Origin: a virus
DNA: 64,000 nt
Virus record (IMG/VR): IMGVR_UViG_3300044981_000204
Location: 56,022-120,021 of that record
Direction: 5' to 3' (one strand)
Shown: positions 19,390 through 28,760 of the stretch, in pieces
Layout of the letters: each line of letters begins with the position of its first letter
How positions within the stretch are numbered: position 1 is the stretch's first letter
Notes under the pieces: generated by a model
The model's database searches: none
Seen by the model: the letters and a program-made list of their open reading frames with translations, nothing else
What the model was told of the DNA's origin: nothing
Position numbers and translations under genes: made by a program

Positions 19390-20357
19390 TTAGCACCATT
19401 AGCAAATTCATCCTTCTGCCACGGCCCGACCCAAAGCTGCCCCTCCAGCTCCTTGCTCCAAGCCCCTAGCCCCTCGGGGCTGATCCCGTCCTTGAGCACC
19501 CTGTCGCAGATGGCCATCTTCGAGTCGATCATGTCGCATAGGTGGAACGCTATAGCCTCCCTCATGAGTGGAACCCTCGGGCTACCCCACGCGAGTGCCC
19601 CGTGATGCGAGGCGATCAAGTGTAGTATAGCTATGCGCAGTTCGCCGGGAAACTCGCCTAGGTCGTCCATGGCCGTTGCAACCTCCACCATACCTATGGA
19701 TATATGGCCCAGGAGCGACCCCTCGATCGTGTATCCTATACCCATGGAGTACGACATCTCCTTTACCTTGCCTATGTCGTGCAGGATGCAGGCCGCAACC
19801 ATCAGGTCTCTGTTGAGGTTGTATCGGTCACTGAGCATTAGTGAGGTCTTGCACAGTGAAAGCGAGTGCTCCAGTAGGCCGCCGAGGTAGTTGTGGTGGA
19901 TTGACTTGGCGGCGGGAGCTAGGCAGAACTTCTCCTTGTTCTTTTTGAGTATGTTAAACAGCAGCGTCCTGATGTAACCGCCCTCAACTCCGCCAACTAT
20001 CTGCATTAGTTCGGAGAACATCTCCTCCGGCTCCCTCTCCGACCTCTGGAAGAAGTCCACCGGGTCCACGGGATCGTCCGCGCCGACCTGGCGAATTTGG
20101 GACACTGCGACTTGCTTTTGCCCAGCCCACTCCGAGACCTGGCCCCTCACCTTTACGAAGGTCTTCTGGAACGTCGATGGCTCGAGGCCCTGGGGGACCT
20201 CCCAGAGCCTTGCGTCGACCTCCCCCGTCTTATCAACCAGTTTGAAGCACCAGTAGTCGGTATCCTTCTTCGACTTGCGTACCTGCGGTAGGTCGACTAC
20301 TAGGAAGTATGAAACGACCTCGGAGTTCACCTCAAGGTCCTTTACGTAGGTCTTCAT
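19386..20357 (-). CDS. yhaM: YhaM/Cbf1-like 3'-5' exoribonuclease (OB + HD)
   Basis: N-terminal OB fold; APAAKSIHHNYLGGLLEH, LHDIGK, GHI, SHHG. Confidence 0.9.
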   Translation of the reverse strand: MKTYVKDLEVNSEVVSYFLVVDLPQVRKSKKDTDYWCFKLVDKTGEVDARLWEVPQGLEPSTFQKTFVKVRGQVSEWAGQKQVAVSQIRQVGADDPVDPVDFFQRSEREPEEMFSELMQIVGGVEGGYIRTLLFNILKKNKEKFCLAPAAKSIHHNYLGGLLEHSLSLCKTSLMLSDRYNLNRDLMVAACILHDIGKVKEMSYSMGIGYTIEGSLLGHISIGMVEVATAMDDLGEFPGELRIAILHLIASHHGALAWGSPRVPLMREAIAFHLCDMIDSKMAICDRVLKDGISPEGLGAWSKELEGQLWVGPWQKDEFANGAK

Positions 20358-21256
20358 GGCTCATTTCCTATGCTTGGCCACGTAAGGGTGAACGCGTTCT
20401 CGTTGAACGTGGGCGCGTAGCAAGAGGGAGTCGACTCGATTAGGTCGGTCAACCACCCATACCCCGTGTAGTTCTTCTTGTCCTTTAGTCCCTCGAGGTG
20501 AAGCAGGAGGTTGTCGGGACTCCTGAACTCGTCCACGTCTAGTGGTGAGTACTTGTCAGCCCTGGTCATGGGCTGATTTTTGAGCACCGCCCAAGCCTGG
20601 TCCTTGTTGGACTCGTACAGGTGTTGGCTTCCTGCGGTCAGCCTAAGGCTGCCAAGCCCCACGTCGTTGAGGTCTCGGCACCTCTGCCTGATTGTGAGTA
20701 GTATGTAGGCCGACAGCATTGAGATGTTGAACCAATCGTACACGATGCCCAGCCACGCGTCGCTGGACCGCATTGTGGCGACGCAGTGCATCCTTCTGCG
20801 ACTCCCATCATCAGACCTCCTGATCAAGAACTGGTACGACAGTGTGCACGGGACGTCCTTGCTGGGCCTTGGGTTCTCCCTCCAGACGCTTATAACCGCT
20901 TGCCTAGTGTCGTTGTCAGCGACTAAGCAGTCGCACGCGTACCTCAGCTGCTCCACGACCTTGACCCCGTACGCCCCGTCGAACCTTCGACCGTCGTCCG
21001 AGAAATTGGCTATGGTCTTGCTGTAGGGTGCTATGGACGCAACGTCGTTGCGGCCCGAGAGTATCCACCAGGCTTCTGCACATAGGAACCTCCTCCCCAG
21101 CTTGCGATCGGCGACCGTCACCACTGGTCGGAGCATGTCGACCTCGGTAGTGTGGGCAAGGAGCTCGAGGCACGGCACGCCCCTAGGGGCCACCAGATCC
21201 CCTGAGTCCAGCAATTTGGCTAGAAGACGGAGCCAGGCGGAGTTTGCGTCTGTCAT
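20354..21256 (-). CDS. Thymidylate-synthase-superfamily enzyme, dCMP-type (putative dCMP hydroxymethylase/methylase)
   Basis: TRQA, DVPCT, MRSSDAWLGIVYD, SQHLYE; ATG 21256 overlaps the upstream stop. Confidence 0.82.
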   Translation of the reverse strand: MTDANSAWLRLLAKLLDSGDLVAPRGVPCLELLAHTTEVDMLRPVVTVADRKLGRRFLCAEAWWILSGRNDVASIAPYSKTIANFSDDGRRFDGAYGVKVVEQLRYACDCLVADNDTRQAVISVWRENPRPSKDVPCTLSYQFLIRRSDDGSRRRMHCVATMRSSDAWLGIVYDWFNISMLSAYILLTIRQRCRDLNDVGLGSLRLTAGSQHLYESNKDQAWAVLKNQPMTRADKYSPLDVDEFRSPDNLLLHLEGLKDKKNYTGYGWLTDLIESTPSCYAPTFNENAFTLTWPSIGNEP

Positions 21257-21924
21257 GGCCCAACTCCTTCTTTTGCCTGCGGCCAAGATGGCCGGCACAT
21301 CTCCCTCAGTAGGAGGTCCTTTACTTCTGACCAGACCTGGTCTATGGACAAGTCGTCGACGAGGATCGGGGACCACCCCGGCCTGTGCTGGTATAGCTCG
21401 AAGTACGCGCATATGACCCTCGACTGAGCGTCTACCTTGTTCCAGTCTTTCTGCTTTTGGTGTGATCCTGAATCAGGCCTCGCGTTGGCTCTTCCGAGGA
21501 GGACCGCCGGGTCCCCGTACAAAAAGATCGTTAGATTCGGCCAAGCTCCCTTCTTCTTGTCGTACAGCTCCATGGCGTCGTCGTCGTGCTCGCGGCCACG
21601 AGCGTAGGCGAATTGGCTCAACCACCAGCGGTCCGACACGACAACCTTTCCTTCGTCCATGGCCGGCTTAACTAGCTTGTGCCAGTTCTGGACGTGGCCG
21701 GCGAGGAATACCAGGTCTAGTACGCACGGCGCCATGTCGCGCGGCGGGACGACCTCGTACATGATCTTCTTCAGCGATTCGCCCAGGGGCGAGCCCCCGA
21801 GGTCCTGGGTCCTTACCACCTTATCATCCCCCAGCAACTGGCAAAGGTAGTCCACGACCCTTGCGACCTGGGTGGTCTTGCCGGCGCCGTCTATGCCCTC
21901 CAACACCACTAGTTTTCCGCTCAA
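21253..21924 (-). CDS. tmk: dTMP (dNMP) kinase
   Basis: LEGIDGAGKTTQ P-loop, VVSDRW..S..AY. Confidence 0.9.
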   Translation of the reverse strand: MSGKLVVLEGIDGAGKTTQVARVVDYLCQLLGDDKVVRTQDLGGSPLGESLKKIMYEVVPPRDMAPCVLDLVFLAGHVQNWHKLVKPAMDEGKVVVSDRWWLSQFAYARGREHDDDAMELYDKKKGAWPNLTIFLYGDPAVLLGRANARPDSGSHQKQKDWNKVDAQSRVICAYFELYQHRPGWSPILVDDLSIDQVWSEVKDLLLREMCRPSWPQAKEGVGP

Positions 21925-22127
21925 AGCAAGACCTCCCCCACGAATGCCACGTTGATCTTGAACACGGACAGCTCACCGTGCTCGGGGAGCATGGAGTCTC
22001 GGACCTTTACCGCTAGGTCGAGGTCCTCGAAGAGGGAGATCGCGTCCTCCTCGTTTCCTATGGGCCGCCCCGGCGTGCCGTCCGGCAACTTCTTAGCGAT
22101 GAAGTATCCACTGTTCATGTGGTCCAA
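21921..22127 (-). CDS. Hypothetical protein
   Basis: Packed ORF overlapping the tmk start. Confidence 0.5.
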   Translation of the reverse strand: MDHMNSGYFIAKKLPDGTPGRPIGNEEDAISLFEDLDLAVKVRDSMLPEHGELSVFKINVAFVGEVLL

Positions 22128-22398
22128 TTATCATAGTACATCGGGCGCGGCGGTCGGGGTCGGGGAAGTCTTGAGCTGGTTTCGTCTCTCGGCTATGAGC
22201 AGACCAAGCTTGATCCCAGTCTCGCATCCTGCGGAAATTTTTGGGTCTTGGTTGGTGTACTTCCCCATGACCGTTATGATCCTATTCCATCGAGGCCAGG
22301 TATAGTCAATGTTGGTGAGTTCTAACTCACGGAACTTTTTGAAGGCCCACTCGAGCTCTTCGGGAGTTATTGTCGCTTGCTCTGGGGTCATGTTGACC

Positions 22399-23283
22399 TT
22401 ATATCTTGCTGAACTCCGGCACGTACTCACTGAGCCCGTCTCCCGTGTCGACCTTCTTAAAGTCCTGGAAGAGCTTCGGCCACCGGCGCATGGCGTCCTC
22501 CGCCACCATCCCGAACACGATCCGAATCTCCTCCTCGGCGTGCTTACTGGTCCTCTGCTCGATGATCCACCTGAGGGAACGAAGGTTGAAACTCATGCCG
22601 ATGCCGGTGGCGAGGCCCAGCGGCGCGACGCGCCGGAAGGCACTGGTCAAGCGCTTCTTTAGGTCGAAGTCCTTGATGTTGTCGATGTCGTAGTACTTCG
22701 CTAAGAAGTGCTGCGTCCACTCCATGACGTATATTGCGTACTCAAAGGCATCCTTTGGGGTCAGTTCGACTGACCTTGGGTTCTCTTGCTCAAGGATCCC
22801 AATTGGAAGGGGACCAAACGTCCTATAGGGCCTCGTCTCCTTGGAGATTATAGGAGGAATCCAAAACTGAATATCTGTTAGGCGAACGTAGCGCAGGGAC
22901 TCCTGGCTCCTCTCGTTCCCCACCCAGTTGCGTACCATCTCATGCGTGAACACCCTACTCACGTCCTCGAACGCGTAGTGCACGTGCCCGTGCGCAGTCA
23001 CGGACCCGTGGCGGCTCTTGATTATGTTGAGGTGGTACTGCTCGCTGTCCTTGCGGACCTTAGTGACGTTGGGGTTGAGGCCAGGAGCATATGACTTATA
23101 GCAGCGGCGCGCCAGCAACTCAATGAGTCGCTCGATATCGGAGCCGTCGACGTGCTCCATACACGAGAGGGCCTCCTCGCCGCCGATGTGGCGGAGCCAC
23201 TGCGTGACGCCGGGATCGTCGTCGGAGCCTAAGTGCATCTTGGGCTGGCCGAGGAAGAATACCTTGGGTGTCACTGCAGTCAT
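22399..23283 (-). CDS. thyX: Flavin-dependent thymidylate synthase
   Basis: ARRCYKS, HGSV, SRVFTHEMVR...SQESLRYV, NLRSLR, HAEEEIR; the RHR motif is altered to RNW. Confidence 0.85.
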   Translation of the reverse strand: MTAVTPKVFFLGQPKMHLGSDDDPGVTQWLRHIGGEEALSCMEHVDGSDIERLIELLARRCYKSYAPGLNPNVTKVRKDSEQYHLNIIKSRHGSVTAHGHVHYAFEDVSRVFTHEMVRNWVGNERSQESLRYVRLTDIQFWIPPIISKETRPYRTFGPLPIGILEQENPRSVELTPKDAFEYAIYVMEWTQHFLAKYYDIDNIKDFDLKKRLTSAFRRVAPLGLATGIGMSFNLRSLRWIIEQRTSKHAEEEIRIVFGMVAEDAMRRWPKLFQDFKKVDTGDGLSEYVPEFSKI

Positions 23284-23642
23284 TCGTCCGTCCTCCTCTT
23301 GTTGAACTTACCATATTTACTCAATATCAAGTACATTCGGAGCCTTCCTTCTGCATTCGACGAGTGTATAGCTACCCCTAGCTTTGGCCACGAGTTGTTT
23401 TGCTCCATCCACAGAACGACGGCTAAGCCAGTCCTCCTCCGCTCCCAGTCGTCGTCGGCGGTCGCGTCGCCGTCCGCGTCCCAAATCACATCGTGGTCGA
23501 GGGAAGCCTCATCCACCTCACCGGTCTTGAGAAGTGCAACCGCCTCGCCAACTGTCTTGGCAGGAGTCCAACCAAGGGGAGCAGGACGAAGGTCGTCGAG
23601 CCAGAGCTTCACAACAAGTCCACTAAACTTGCTGGTTCCCAC
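23280..23642 (-). CDS. Cyclic-phosphate-processing receiver-like domain protein
   Basis: LWLDDLRP...SLDHD...TG...IHSSN. Confidence 0.75.
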   Translation of the reverse strand: MGTSKFSGLVVKLWLDDLRPAPLGWTPAKTVGEAVALLKTGEVDEASLDHDVIWDADGDATADDDWERRRTGLAVVLWMEQNNSWPKLGVAIHSSNAEGRLRMYLILSKYGKFNKRRTDE

Positions 23643-24226
23643 CCCTCCGGCTTAACCACGTCGATCTTGTGCTTCCTGATCGACCTCGGGTCGTCTGCCG
23701 ACTCGGCGCGGACCTTCTTCATGTTGGCGCCCTGCACCCGAGCCCAACCAGCGTCGAACGGGAATCGATGTAGATAGGCGGTGCCAAGAGCCACATACGC
23801 TAGGTCTATCAGCGCGTCGAAGGCCTTCTCCACGTTGAAAGGTGTTTCTACCTCCCGGTATATCTTGGGATCATTTGCTTGAGACTTACCATATGACATA
23901 CCCAGAGCTTCCACGTACTCATGTAGTTCTTCCAGCATGAACTTGATCCTGAACTTGAGCACGTCGTCCGGGAGCGCGTGCCCCGGGTCAGTCGTCGCCT
24001 CTAGCCCGAACTTCTCGTGGAACCTCGAAACGTCCCTGAACAGCTGCCCAGGAACTTCCTCCTGCGCCAACTCGATCATCTTCTGCAGCATCCTCCTGAC
24101 CTGGTCTTGGGTCTGCTTAGACGAGTCCTCGACCATCTTGCGCAGGATGGCCGCCTCGTGGGAGTTGGGGTCCCTGGCCCGGCGAACGAACTCATCGTGC
24201 TGGGGTGAGCCGGGAAGCGGTATCAT
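23609..24226 (-). CDS. MazG/PRA-PH-like NTP pyrophosphohydrolase
   Basis: DV..FHEKFG, FMLEELHE, DALIDLAYV, V..ANM.K, KPEGW. Confidence 0.85.
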   Translation of the reverse strand: MIPLPGSPQHDEFVRRARDPNSHEAAILRKMVEDSSKQTQDQVRRMLQKMIELAQEEVPGQLFRDVSRFHEKFGLEATTDPGHALPDDVLKFRIKFMLEELHEYVEALGMSYGKSQANDPKIYREVETPFNVEKAFDALIDLAYVALGTAYLHRFPFDAGWARVQGANMKKVRAESADDPRSIRKHKIDVVKPEGWEPASLVDLL

Positions 24227-24374
24227 TCGGGATCCCCCAGACCGTCCGGAACTTCCTCGTCGGTTGCGGGGCACTTAGGGACCTTGTCCCAGTACTCCTC
24301 GGCCAAGCCGCAGTTGTTGCAGTAAAAATCGCCCGGGGTGGGTCGCTCATGGGTTGTGTTCATGGACTTCCTCC

Positions 24375-24808
24375 TCAGTACTTCTTACCAGACTTCCTTT
24401 CGGTGCTCTCGACCGCGGCCATGGCTAGTGCCGCCACCTTGACCATCCTCGACCTGAAGTCGGCAAGGTTCGTGCCCTTCCGCATGGCGCTATCGAGCTC
24501 TTCACGCGATCCCGGAAGCACTAGCACCGACCCCAGCTGCCTCCTGATGAACCCAAGGAACTCCACGTACGTGTGCTCGTCGTTGTGGCGAGGACCTCCC
24601 CACTGTTGGTCCTGGGCCTTCCTCTCCCTCATGACCTCGACGATGAACCTCCTTTTGGCAGCATCGATGGGAGCAGGGCTTGGAGGAAGTTTCGGTACTC
24701 CCGAACCCCCAGCTGGGGGAACCGCGAACCGCTCATCTTCTTCATCCACGATTGGTCGGTGGCCTCTAGCGGTTGATATTCGAACGTGCTCGTCGCGGGC
24801 CTCACCCA
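24375..24808 (-). CDS. All-alpha NTP-PPase-like phage protein
   Basis: EVMRERKAQDQQWG...MVKVAALAMAAVES; SD AGGAGG upstream of ATG 24808. Confidence 0.55.
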
Positions 24809-25134
24809 TTCCCTCGGTCCCTCCTATTTTTAAGCGCCGACGATATGGCACTTAGGAAGTCGTCCACCGCCGAGTCGATCGCCTCAACCAGCGAGGGCTT
24901 AGTGGCTGAACGCACGACCACCTTTCCCCTGCCGTACTTCTCCTCATACCTCACGAGGGAGCAGTAGTACTGGTCGCCCGGGACCATCGACAGCACTATG
25001 CCCGGCGACGTGTCGTCGGTGGGGTACATCTTGGTGAGGACCCCTAGGGACTTCTGGAGTCGCAGTAGAGGGGCGTCTGACGGTAGCTTGCCGTCGACCT
25101 TCTTACTAACTAGCTTTTTCTTCGTCTTTAGCAT
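24802..25134 (-). CDS. Hypothetical protein
   Basis: Packed ORF; its 3' end holds the 28-nt site matched at 57529-57556. Confidence 0.6.
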   Translation of the reverse strand: MLKTKKKLVSKKVDGKLPSDAPLLRLQKSLGVLTKMYPTDDTSPGIVLSMVPGDQYYCSLVRYEEKYGRGKVVVRSATKPSLVEAIDSAVDDFLSAISSALKNRRDRGNG

Positions 25135-25433
25135 AAGTCCATCATGAACCTGATCGCCATCGCCGCCACCTGCGCGGCCTCGACGCGCATCTTGGGCTTA
25201 GTCGAGTTCTTCGGAAAAGCCTTGACCTCGTCCCAGAGTTCGTCCAACTCCTCGAGTATCACGGCCCACCCCTCATGGACCGAGTTGAACCTCTCCCACC
25301 TCAAGGCTTTTTGCAGCTCCAAGACCACCTCAGCTAGGCACGGCTCGATGGTTAGGTCGTCGACGAGGGACCGCCTATTGGAGCTGCTCCTCGCCGAGCA
25401 CTCGGCGCAAGAACCACAGCTGCAGGAAGCCAT
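25128..25433 (-). CDS. MazG-like NTP-PPase
   Basis: FNSVHEGWAVILEELDELWDEVK...EAAQVAAMAIRF. Confidence 0.68.
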   Translation of the reverse strand: MASCSCGSCAECSARSSSNRRSLVDDLTIEPCLAEVVLELQKALRWERFNSVHEGWAVILEELDELWDEVKAFPKNSTKPKMRVEAAQVAAMAIRFMMDLC

Positions 25434-26095
25434 TAGAACGGGACCTCGTCGATTGGGTCAGCAGCCGGAGTCATTCCAAGTTGGACCAGCTCCGGTTCCG
25501 CCTGCATCCTTAGGTCCATGTTCCCCGTCGGGGTGGCCAAACCGGGGTTGAAGACCTCTTGCAGCTTACTAACGGGAGGTGGAGGAAGGTCAACTTGCCC
25601 GTGCTCCGTGCACCCGAGCCACTCAACCAACCCCTCCAGCTTGGAGGCGTACCTCACTTCCTTGGTCCAAAAGAAGACGTTCGGCCTCCCGCCAACCGCG
25701 ACCACGTTGACGCCCCTCCCTATAGCTATCCCGAGCTCCACGTGATAGCCACCACTAGACGAGGGCTCGTCCGAGAGGAGCACGACTGTGTCGGACCTTA
25801 GCACGTCCTCAACATCCACGTTGCCCCAGTGAGACTCATACTCGATCCACGGTCCCGATAGTTCGCTGGTCGGCTTGTCTGAGAAGTCCTTCCTGAGCCA
25901 TGAGCTAGTCACCGTGAACCCAGCGTCCTGCAGCTGCAGGGCGAACCTAGCGGCCTTCCCCTGGTTGGGGAGGGGAGCGGCCACGTAGATGTTCTTGGGC
26001 GGGACTGGGAACAGCCAGAGGCGGTCGTCCTCCTTCGCTTGTAGGGACAAGGGAAGGGGGCTTGACAGGAGCTTTAGCGGGAGTCTGTTAGCCAT
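25433..26095 (-). CDS. Nucleoside 2-deoxyribosyltransferase-like protein
   Basis: IYVAAP, TSSWL, DVEDVLRSD, GGYHVELGIA. Confidence 0.72.
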   Translation of the reverse strand: MANRLPLKLLSSPLPLSLQAKEDDRLWLFPVPPKNIYVAAPLPNQGKAARFALQLQDAGFTVTSSWLRKDFSDKPTSELSGPWIEYESHWGNVDVEDVLRSDTVVLLSDEPSSSGGYHVELGIAIGRGVNVVAVGGRPNVFFWTKEVRYASKLEGLVEWLGCTEHGQVDLPPPPVSKLQEVFNPGLATPTGNMDLRMQAEPELVQLGMTPAADPIDEVPF

Positions 26096-27102
26096 ATTCC
26101 TTCTTTTTTGCAAGAGTACAGTGGACCGTTCTCAAGCCTCGGGAGGCAGGAGTCGGTGTGCTGGTGTGAGTACCCCGAGAGCTGAAACCAGTCCTTGTGC
26201 TGGGACCAGGGGGTGGGGGCTTGCTCAAGCTTTGAGAATATACGCTCTTGGGCTTGGTCGTCCGAACTTAATTTCTTTTTAGTCAGGTGCCAGAGGCAGT
26301 TCCTGGCATGGGCGGGGAACAGCGGGGCGAAGACCACAGACAGCACGTTCGTGTCGTAGTAGTTCCTTAGCGCGGAGAAGATCGGTCGAAGGTCAGTGTC
26401 TGCAATCTTTTTTCCGGAGTCCTTGTCGTAGGTGGTGACGCAGGACAGTTGGTCTTGATAATCGGAAATTGAAGCAAACGTACCGTAGACTCCCTCGATC
26501 TTGTAGTTGAGGTCTTCAAGCAAGGAGCCAAGGGCATTGAATGTGCATTCAGACAAATGGTTGGCAGCCGCCGACCCGTTGTAACAAGGGGTCGAGATGA
26601 AGTAGTGGCAGTCGGGGGAAGTGGTAGCTTGGAAGTGCTGGAGCATCCGGCGACAGTGGGACGGAGTGACGTGCTCTAGGACCTCGAAGCAAACGAGTAC
26701 GTTGGGTAAAGCAAGAATGCCGCCTGTTCCCCCAACATATCCATCTTCCCTAATGCCGACATCTTCGGGCTCAAGATCACAGAAGTCGGTCTCCCACCAC
26801 ATCTTGATTGGGATCTTCTTATCTTGTAGCATCTCGGGGATGCTAACCCTATTGGCGTCGACCCCAACGTACTGCCTTGGGGTCATCTTATTGACGTACA
26901 GCAACTTAGCGAGAGGGAGTTCCTTTCCACACCCAACGTCAAGAACCAGGGCGTCCCTGTACCTATGGCCCTGGTTGAGGTACTTGGCCACGTGGGACCA
27001 CCTAAATGAGTGAGCAATGTAGTCCCTGTGGAGTAGTCCTCGCTCTTCGGCAGAGTCTAGGGACAAATACGTCTTATCTATTTCCCTGTTAGGATTCCTC
27101 AT
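26074..27102 (-). CDS. SAM-dependent methyltransferase
   Basis: RDYIAHSFRW, VLDVGCG, CFEVLEH, FISTPCY. Confidence 0.85.
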   Translation of the reverse strand: MRNPNREIDKTYLSLDSAEERGLLHRDYIAHSFRWSHVAKYLNQGHRYRDALVLDVGCGKELPLAKLLYVNKMTPRQYVGVDANRVSIPEMLQDKKIPIKMWWETDFCDLEPEDVGIREDGYVGGTGGILALPNVLVCFEVLEHVTPSHCRRMLQHFQATTSPDCHYFISTPCYNGSAAANHLSECTFNALGSLLEDLNYKIEGVYGTFASISDYQDQLSCVTTYDKDSGKKIADTDLRPIFSALRNYYDTNVLSVVFAPLFPAHARNCLWHLTKKKLSSDDQAQERIFSKLEQAPTPWSQHKDWFQLSGYSHQHTDSCLPRLENGPLYSCKKEGIWLTDSR

Positions 27103-27242
27103 GAAGTTTTAGCTATCCGTAATTTAGTGGTGAAAGTCATCGACTACTTTTCGTTTCTTTTTCTGCGTTGGCTTGTGGAGTTTCCACAAACAGGGCGTGA
27201 ATTTTCATTATATGTCGGAAAATGGGCCGTGGTCCAGGGGTG

Positions 27243-27707
27243 TTACTGTTGTGTTGCTAGTTCCCGAAGAAACTTTGACACGATGTCCCGATTTTCACGT
27301 CGATTGTACCAACGATTGATGCCGGAGGGATGCGGCACTACGCACATCTTCTGCGAGAGCACGTCCGCGTAGTTCTCCGGGTTCAGCAGTCGATAGAACT
27401 GCAAGTACTGGAAGTTCTTGGCCCCGAACGCCCTCGCCACGTTGGCGCCTAGCAGGACTACGGTCCTCCCGCGGAGTTGGGGAACCTTGCGTCGCGCGGC
27501 GGCCATCGCCACCAAGATGGGAAATCGGTCGCCACCTACGCCCTTGCCTGGCCACTCGTCCAGGACGTTGAGGAAGTCGTGCTGCTCCAGCATGTCCTCC
27601 TGGGTGGTATCGAGCAGCTCCGCTAGGAACTTGCCGCAGCGGCCGGAGAAGGGTCGGAGGGGGTCGGAGTCCCTGCTCGGTGCTTGACCAATGAAAAGGA
27701 TCTTCAC
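27243..27707 (-). CDS. Uracil-DNA glycosylase superfamily protein (minimal)
   Basis: FIGQAPS...PFSGRCG, FLNVL, VLLG..VA, VPHPSG. Confidence 0.8.
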   Translation of the reverse strand: MKILFIGQAPSRDSDPLRPFSGRCGKFLAELLDTTQEDMLEQHDFLNVLDEWPGKGVGGDRFPILVAMAAARRKVPQLRGRTVVLLGANVARAFGAKNFQYLQFYRLLNPENYADVLSQKMCVVPHPSGINRWYNRRENRDIVSKFLRELATQQ

Positions 27708-28267
27708 CTTAGGTCCAATTCCCAGGAAGCCCTCTGCTCAAGTATCGAGCGCGTGTTCGCATCGACCCTGAGGACCCACGGTTGCGGGTGTAACCGCATT
27801 AGCTCGTTGGTCTCCGGGTGCCTCTCCTCGTGGTAGGTCCACCGCTTTATGAAGAACTCAACCACCTCGTCCTTGGTCGCGGCCCTGTCGTCGAAGAGGT
27901 TGATCTCACGCAGCGGGAAGTCACCGGGCGCGTCCCAGAGCCTGTCAACGTATGCCACGGCTCGTGGCCTTACCAACTTCGGCGTGGCATTGACGAAGAT
28001 CCTTGAGCCAACGGCGGGGATGTACAGGGGGTTGTAGGTATCCTCACGCCAGTCCGAGTGGAGCAGATCCTGGTCATCGTCGCCTAACCCGGTGTCTTCA
28101 TCCTTTGGGCCTATGCTGAATGGCGTCACGCCGTCCCGCGAGTTCCATAGGTACTCCACGACCTTAGCATCCTTGCTCTGGTACTTCATCAGGCAGTAGG
28201 CCTCGAGGTGGTTGTGCTCGGGGATGCGAGAAACTGGCCCCACATCTGGAGGTCTTTTGTGCGGCAT
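27704..28267 (-). CDS. Hypothetical phage protein
   Basis: EAYCLMKY...LWNSRDGVTPF motif. Confidence 0.6.
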   Translation of the reverse strand: MPHKRPPDVGPVSRIPEHNHLEAYCLMKYQSKDAKVVEYLWNSRDGVTPFSIGPKDEDTGLGDDDQDLLHSDWREDTYNPLYIPAVGSRIFVNATPKLVRPRAVAYVDRLWDAPGDFPLREINLFDDRAATKDEVVEFFIKRWTYHEERHPETNELMRLHPQPWVLRVDANTRSILEQRASWELDLR

Positions 28268-28269
28268 AT

Positions 28270-28310
28270 AAAAAGCTCCGGTCCCCCGACCCCTAGGTCG
28301 GCGGACCGGA
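28270..28310 (-). terminator. Intrinsic terminator
   Basis: UCCGGUCC-GCCGAC...GUCGG-GGGACCGGA hairpin followed by GCUUUUU. Confidence 0.65.
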
Positions 28311-28331
28311 ACAGTCTTGAAGGATCCCGAC

Positions 28332-28760
28332 CTAGGCGGCCTTCTCCTTCTCCTTGCCCTTGGCCGACTCCTTCTTGCCCTCGGTCTGTGGAGCGGCCGG
28401 AGCGGCCGGAGCCGTCTTGCTGCCGTCCTTGGCCGGCGCGGCCTTGGCCTCGGCCTTGGGCTTGTCCGGCACTTCGACCTCGACCTCGGTCGTCACCTTG
28501 TCCTCCTTGAGGATGCCGGCCTGCATGAGCTTGGGACGATAGAACCCGAGGATGCGCTCAGCTGTCTGATTGGTCTTGAGGCCCCCCTGCTCCGGAGGAC
28601 GCTTCAGCTGCGCCAAGAGCGCCTCGCGCTCCATCTTGCCCCCGGCCGCAGTGATCGTGTCGATGATCAGCTTGGACTGCGGGGGGCACTTCGTGTTTTC
28701 CTCCAGCTTCTTCAAGATGCTGTAGTACGTCTTAGTTTCTTTTCGTTTCTCAATCGCCAT
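28332..28760 (-). CDS. Winged-helix-like paralog 1 with A/K/P-rich tail
   Basis: PPQSKLII...LKTNQTAERILGFYRPKLMQAG; SD AAGGAG and promoter upstream of ATG 28760. Confidence 0.7.
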   Translation of the reverse strand: MAIEKRKETKTYYSILKKLEENTKCPPQSKLIIDTITAAGGKMEREALLAQLKRPPEQGGLKTNQTAERILGFYRPKLMQAGILKEDKVTTEVEVEVPDKPKAEAKAAPAKDGSKTAPAAPAAPQTEGKKESAKGKEKEKAA

